Shown piece after piece: positions 21,803 through 24,000 of a stretch of DNA of 24,000 nt; the first letter of the stretch is position 1, and each line of letters opens with the position of its first letter. The stretch spans positions 13,699-37,698 of the forward strand of contig JAVEDU010000021.1 of assembly GCA_030840805.1 (NCBI GenBank), written 5' to 3'. The translations under genes and the position numbers were made by a program. The stretch is from Actinomycetota bacterium. GTDB lineage: Bacteria > Actinomycetota > Actinomycetes > Mycobacteriales > HKI-0501. The notes beneath the pieces are model-generated. The model made no database searches. It was not told the origin of the DNA and was given only the letters and a program-made list of their open reading frames with translations.

Positions 21803-23085
21803 GCGCCTACGCCGGGGAGACGGCGGTCGAGGCGCGGACCAGCTTCGGGGACTTCGTGGCGCGGGCGCACCGGTCGGGCCGGCTCGTCGTACAGCCGCGG
21901 ATGGGGTTCGCCCCGCCTGGTGAGATGCGGGCTGGCCTCCTGGCCACCAAGGGAGCCGCCGCCCTCACGGCCGGGACGATCACCCTGGACAGCTACACCC
22001 GGACCGGCGACCACGCCGCCGCCCGCCGTGCCCTGGCCGGCGGTACCGCGCTCAACGGGTACCCGCTCGTGTCCCACGGGGCCGCCACCACCCGGGCGGT
22101 GCTGACCGGGGTCCGGGACGGGTCGTTCCCGGTGCAGGTCCGTCACGGCTCGCCGGACCCCCGTGACATCGTCGCGCAGTTCGCGGAGTCGGGACTCGAC
22201 GCCACCGAGGGTGGTCCGGTCTCGTACTGCCTCCCGTACGGGCGTACTCCGCTGCGAGTCGCCGTCGACAACTGGGCGCGCTGTACCGAGATGCTCGCCG
22301 GACTGCAAGAGCGCGGACCGGAGCCCCACCTCGAGAGCTTCGGCGGCTGCCTGCTCGGCCAGCTCTGCCCGCCGAGCATCCTCGTGGCGACCTCCGTCCT
22401 CGAAGGCGTGTTCTTCCGGCAGCACGGGATGCGGAGCGTCTCGCTCAGCTATGCCCAGCAGACCAACGCGGTGCAGGACGAGGAGGCCCTGCGCGCCCTC
22501 CGCCGGCTCGCCGGTGAGGTGCTGGCGGACATCGACTGGCATGTTGTGCTCTACGCGTACATGGGGGTGTACCCCAGCAGCCGCCACGGTGCGCTTCGCC
22601 TGCTCGCCGACGCGGCACGGCTCGCGGTCCGCGGCGGTGCGGCGCGGCTGATCGTGAAGACGGCCGCGGAGGCGCACCGCATCCCCACCGTCGCGGAGAA
22701 CGTGGAGGCGCTGGAGGTGGCGGCGGAGAGCGCGCAGTCCACCGCTCCTGCCCGTACGGCAGTCGCGGAGGACAGCGAGACGTACGCCGAAGCACGAGCG
22801 CTCGTCGATGCGGTGCTCGACCTCGACGACGACACCGGGACGGGGTTGGTCCGCGCCTTCGCGCGGGGATATCTGGACGTGCCCCACTGCCTGCACGCAG
22901 ACAACCGTGGACGGGCGCGGAGCTACCTGGACGACACCGGGCGGCTGCGGTGGGCGGAGTTCGGCAGCGTCCCCATCGCGGACGTCGCGGAGGCGAGGCC
23001 GTCTGCCGAGCTGACCGCGGCAAGCCTGCTGACTGCGCTGGAGTACGTCCGGCGCACTTACGACAGTGGGCCCGCCAGCACGTGA
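21796..23085 (+). CDS. glmE: Glutamate mutase (methylaspartate mutase) epsilon-subunit homologue
   Basis: 429 aa. Matches clostridial GlmE blocks: QPRMG (QPRAG), TLDSYTR (TIDAYTR), LNGYP (LNGFP), VQVRHGSPD (LQARHGTPD), TEGGPVSYCLPY (NEGGGISYNVPY), IVKTAAEAHRIPT (IVKTPHEAIGIPT), RAFARGYLDVP (KAFETGVMDIP). The start is GTG 21796 or, more likely, GTG 21799, which forms GTGA with the S-subunit stop. Confidence 0.9.
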   Translation: MVSAYAGETAVEARTSFGDFVARAHRSGRLVVQPRMGFAPPGEMRAGLLATKGAAALTAGTITLDSYTRTGDHAAARRALAGGTALNGYPLVSHGAATTRAVLTGVRDGSFPVQVRHGSPDPRDIVAQFAESGLDATEGGPVSYCLPYGRTPLRVAVDNWARCTEMLAGLQERGPEPHLESFGGCLLGQLCPPSILVATSVLEGVFFRQHGMRSVSLSYAQQTNAVQDEEALRALRRLAGEVLADIDWHVVLYAYMGVYPSSRHGALRLLADAARLAVRGGAARLIVKTAAEAHRIPTVAENVEALEVAAESAQSTAPARTAVAEDSETYAEARALVDAVLDLDDDTGTGLVRAFARGYLDVPHCLHADNRGRARSYLDDTGRLRWAEFGSVPIADVAEARPSAELTAASLLTALEYVRRTYDSGPAST

Positions 23086-23292
23086 GACGAGGGCTACCGG
23101 CGGTGGCCCGGCCCCCGCGCGCCAAGACCGCGTGCCGCCGCCCGGCCCTGGTCACCGCCCACCGCGCGACGGCCGCCGGGGGACCGGATGGTCCTGCTCG
23201 CCGGGATCCGGCGGGAGGAGCGCCTCTCGGACCCAGTGGGCGGGGGTCATCCGTACCGCCATGCCTCGTGCTGGCTGGCACAGGGCCGGCGG

Positions 23293-23337
23293 CACATCAG
23301 AGCCCCCGCGGTCGTGGACCGTGGGGGCTCTGATGTG
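23293..23337. terminator. 45-nt near-perfect hairpin (CACATCAGAGCCCCC ... GGGGGCTCTGATGTG, with the inner CGGTC/GACCG also paired)
   Basis: A 15-bp perfect outer stem (23293-23307 / 23323-23337) plus a 5-bp inner stem and a 3-nt loop. It lies ~210 nt downstream of the glmE-like stop, in the gap between convergent genes. It could terminate the mutase operon or be a stand-alone structured element. Confidence 0.4.
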
Positions 23338-23617
23338 TCCGAGGGGTGTCTGAGTTCAGGCCATCGTGCACGGATGTCTCGGGACATCGTTCACACCTGG
23401 GCCCGGGGCTGGACGATGGGGATGCCGCAGCGTCCCGGGGCCCTGACCCGGCTGGGTCTCGCGGTCGCCTAGGTGCGCCTCGCGTGGTTGCCACGGGGAC
23501 CGAGGCGTTCCGGCGCGGTCCCGTATGCGGACCGCACGGCTGCCCCATGGCGTTGTCCACGCGTGTCGCGGCCCGTGCCGGGCACCGGCTGCCGGTGAAC
23601 GGACCGGCTGGATGCGC

Positions 23618-23654
23618 GGATGCCCCGGCCCGCGGGGTGCGGGCCGGGGCATCC
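23618..23654 (-). terminator. katG intrinsic terminator-like hairpin (GGATGCCCCGGCC / GGCCGGGGCATCC, extendable to 16 bp)
   Basis: A 13-bp perfect inverted repeat, with 3 further pairs inside, begins 14 nt beyond the katG stop (23668-23670). There is no U-tract, as is common for actinobacterial hairpin-only terminators. Confidence 0.6.
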
Positions 23655-23667
23655 GGACAGGCGGTGC

Positions 23668-24000
<333 letters not shown>

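Noticed and set aside
21679-22896. 405-aa minus-strand ORF and other overlapping ORFs across the mutase genes (e.g. 22445..23281, 20417..21316 part of the 461-aa ORF)
   Set aside because: These are shadow frames of the clearly homologous glmE-like and S-subunit genes. Their products are low-complexity and Arg/Pro/Gly-rich.

Overview
Very GC-rich DNA (by eye >70% G+C, with strong G/C third-position bias in the real genes), typical of an Actinomycetota chromosome. No genus can be assigned by eye.

Confident genes:
- glutathione-independent formaldehyde dehydrogenase (1338-2549)
- a DUF318/ArsP-type permease (3015-4229)
- a lipoprotein HtrA/DegP-type serine protease (5745-6800)
- an XRE-HTH regulator with an N-terminal zinc ribbon and a helical-repeat tail (7500-8987)
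- a co-linear, tightly coupled kdp locus (9515-18292): two extra small membrane ORFs, then kdpF, kdpA, kdpB, kdpC, kdpD, kdpE
- smpB (18461-18931)
- a three-gene cassette (20685-23085): an unassignable 210-aa protein plus glutamate-mutase-like S and E subunits
- the 3' end of katG (23668-24000, minus strand)

Between these genes are unusually many short stretches with coding-like codon bias but no start codon, with in-frame TGA codons, or with frame switches. I read them as gene remnants or assembly indels. They include two 3' gene fragments abutting head-to-head near 20070.

I found no rRNA, tRNA, tmRNA, CRISPR array, transposase or integrase.

The best candidate for something undescribed is the orphan mutase cassette. 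Its first gene has no family I can name, and its B12-binding subunit carries DxHxxN instead of the canonical DxHxxG. Secondary points are the extra ORFs and the GTGAA repeat array at the head of the kdp operon, and a large Cys-containing insertion in KdpC.
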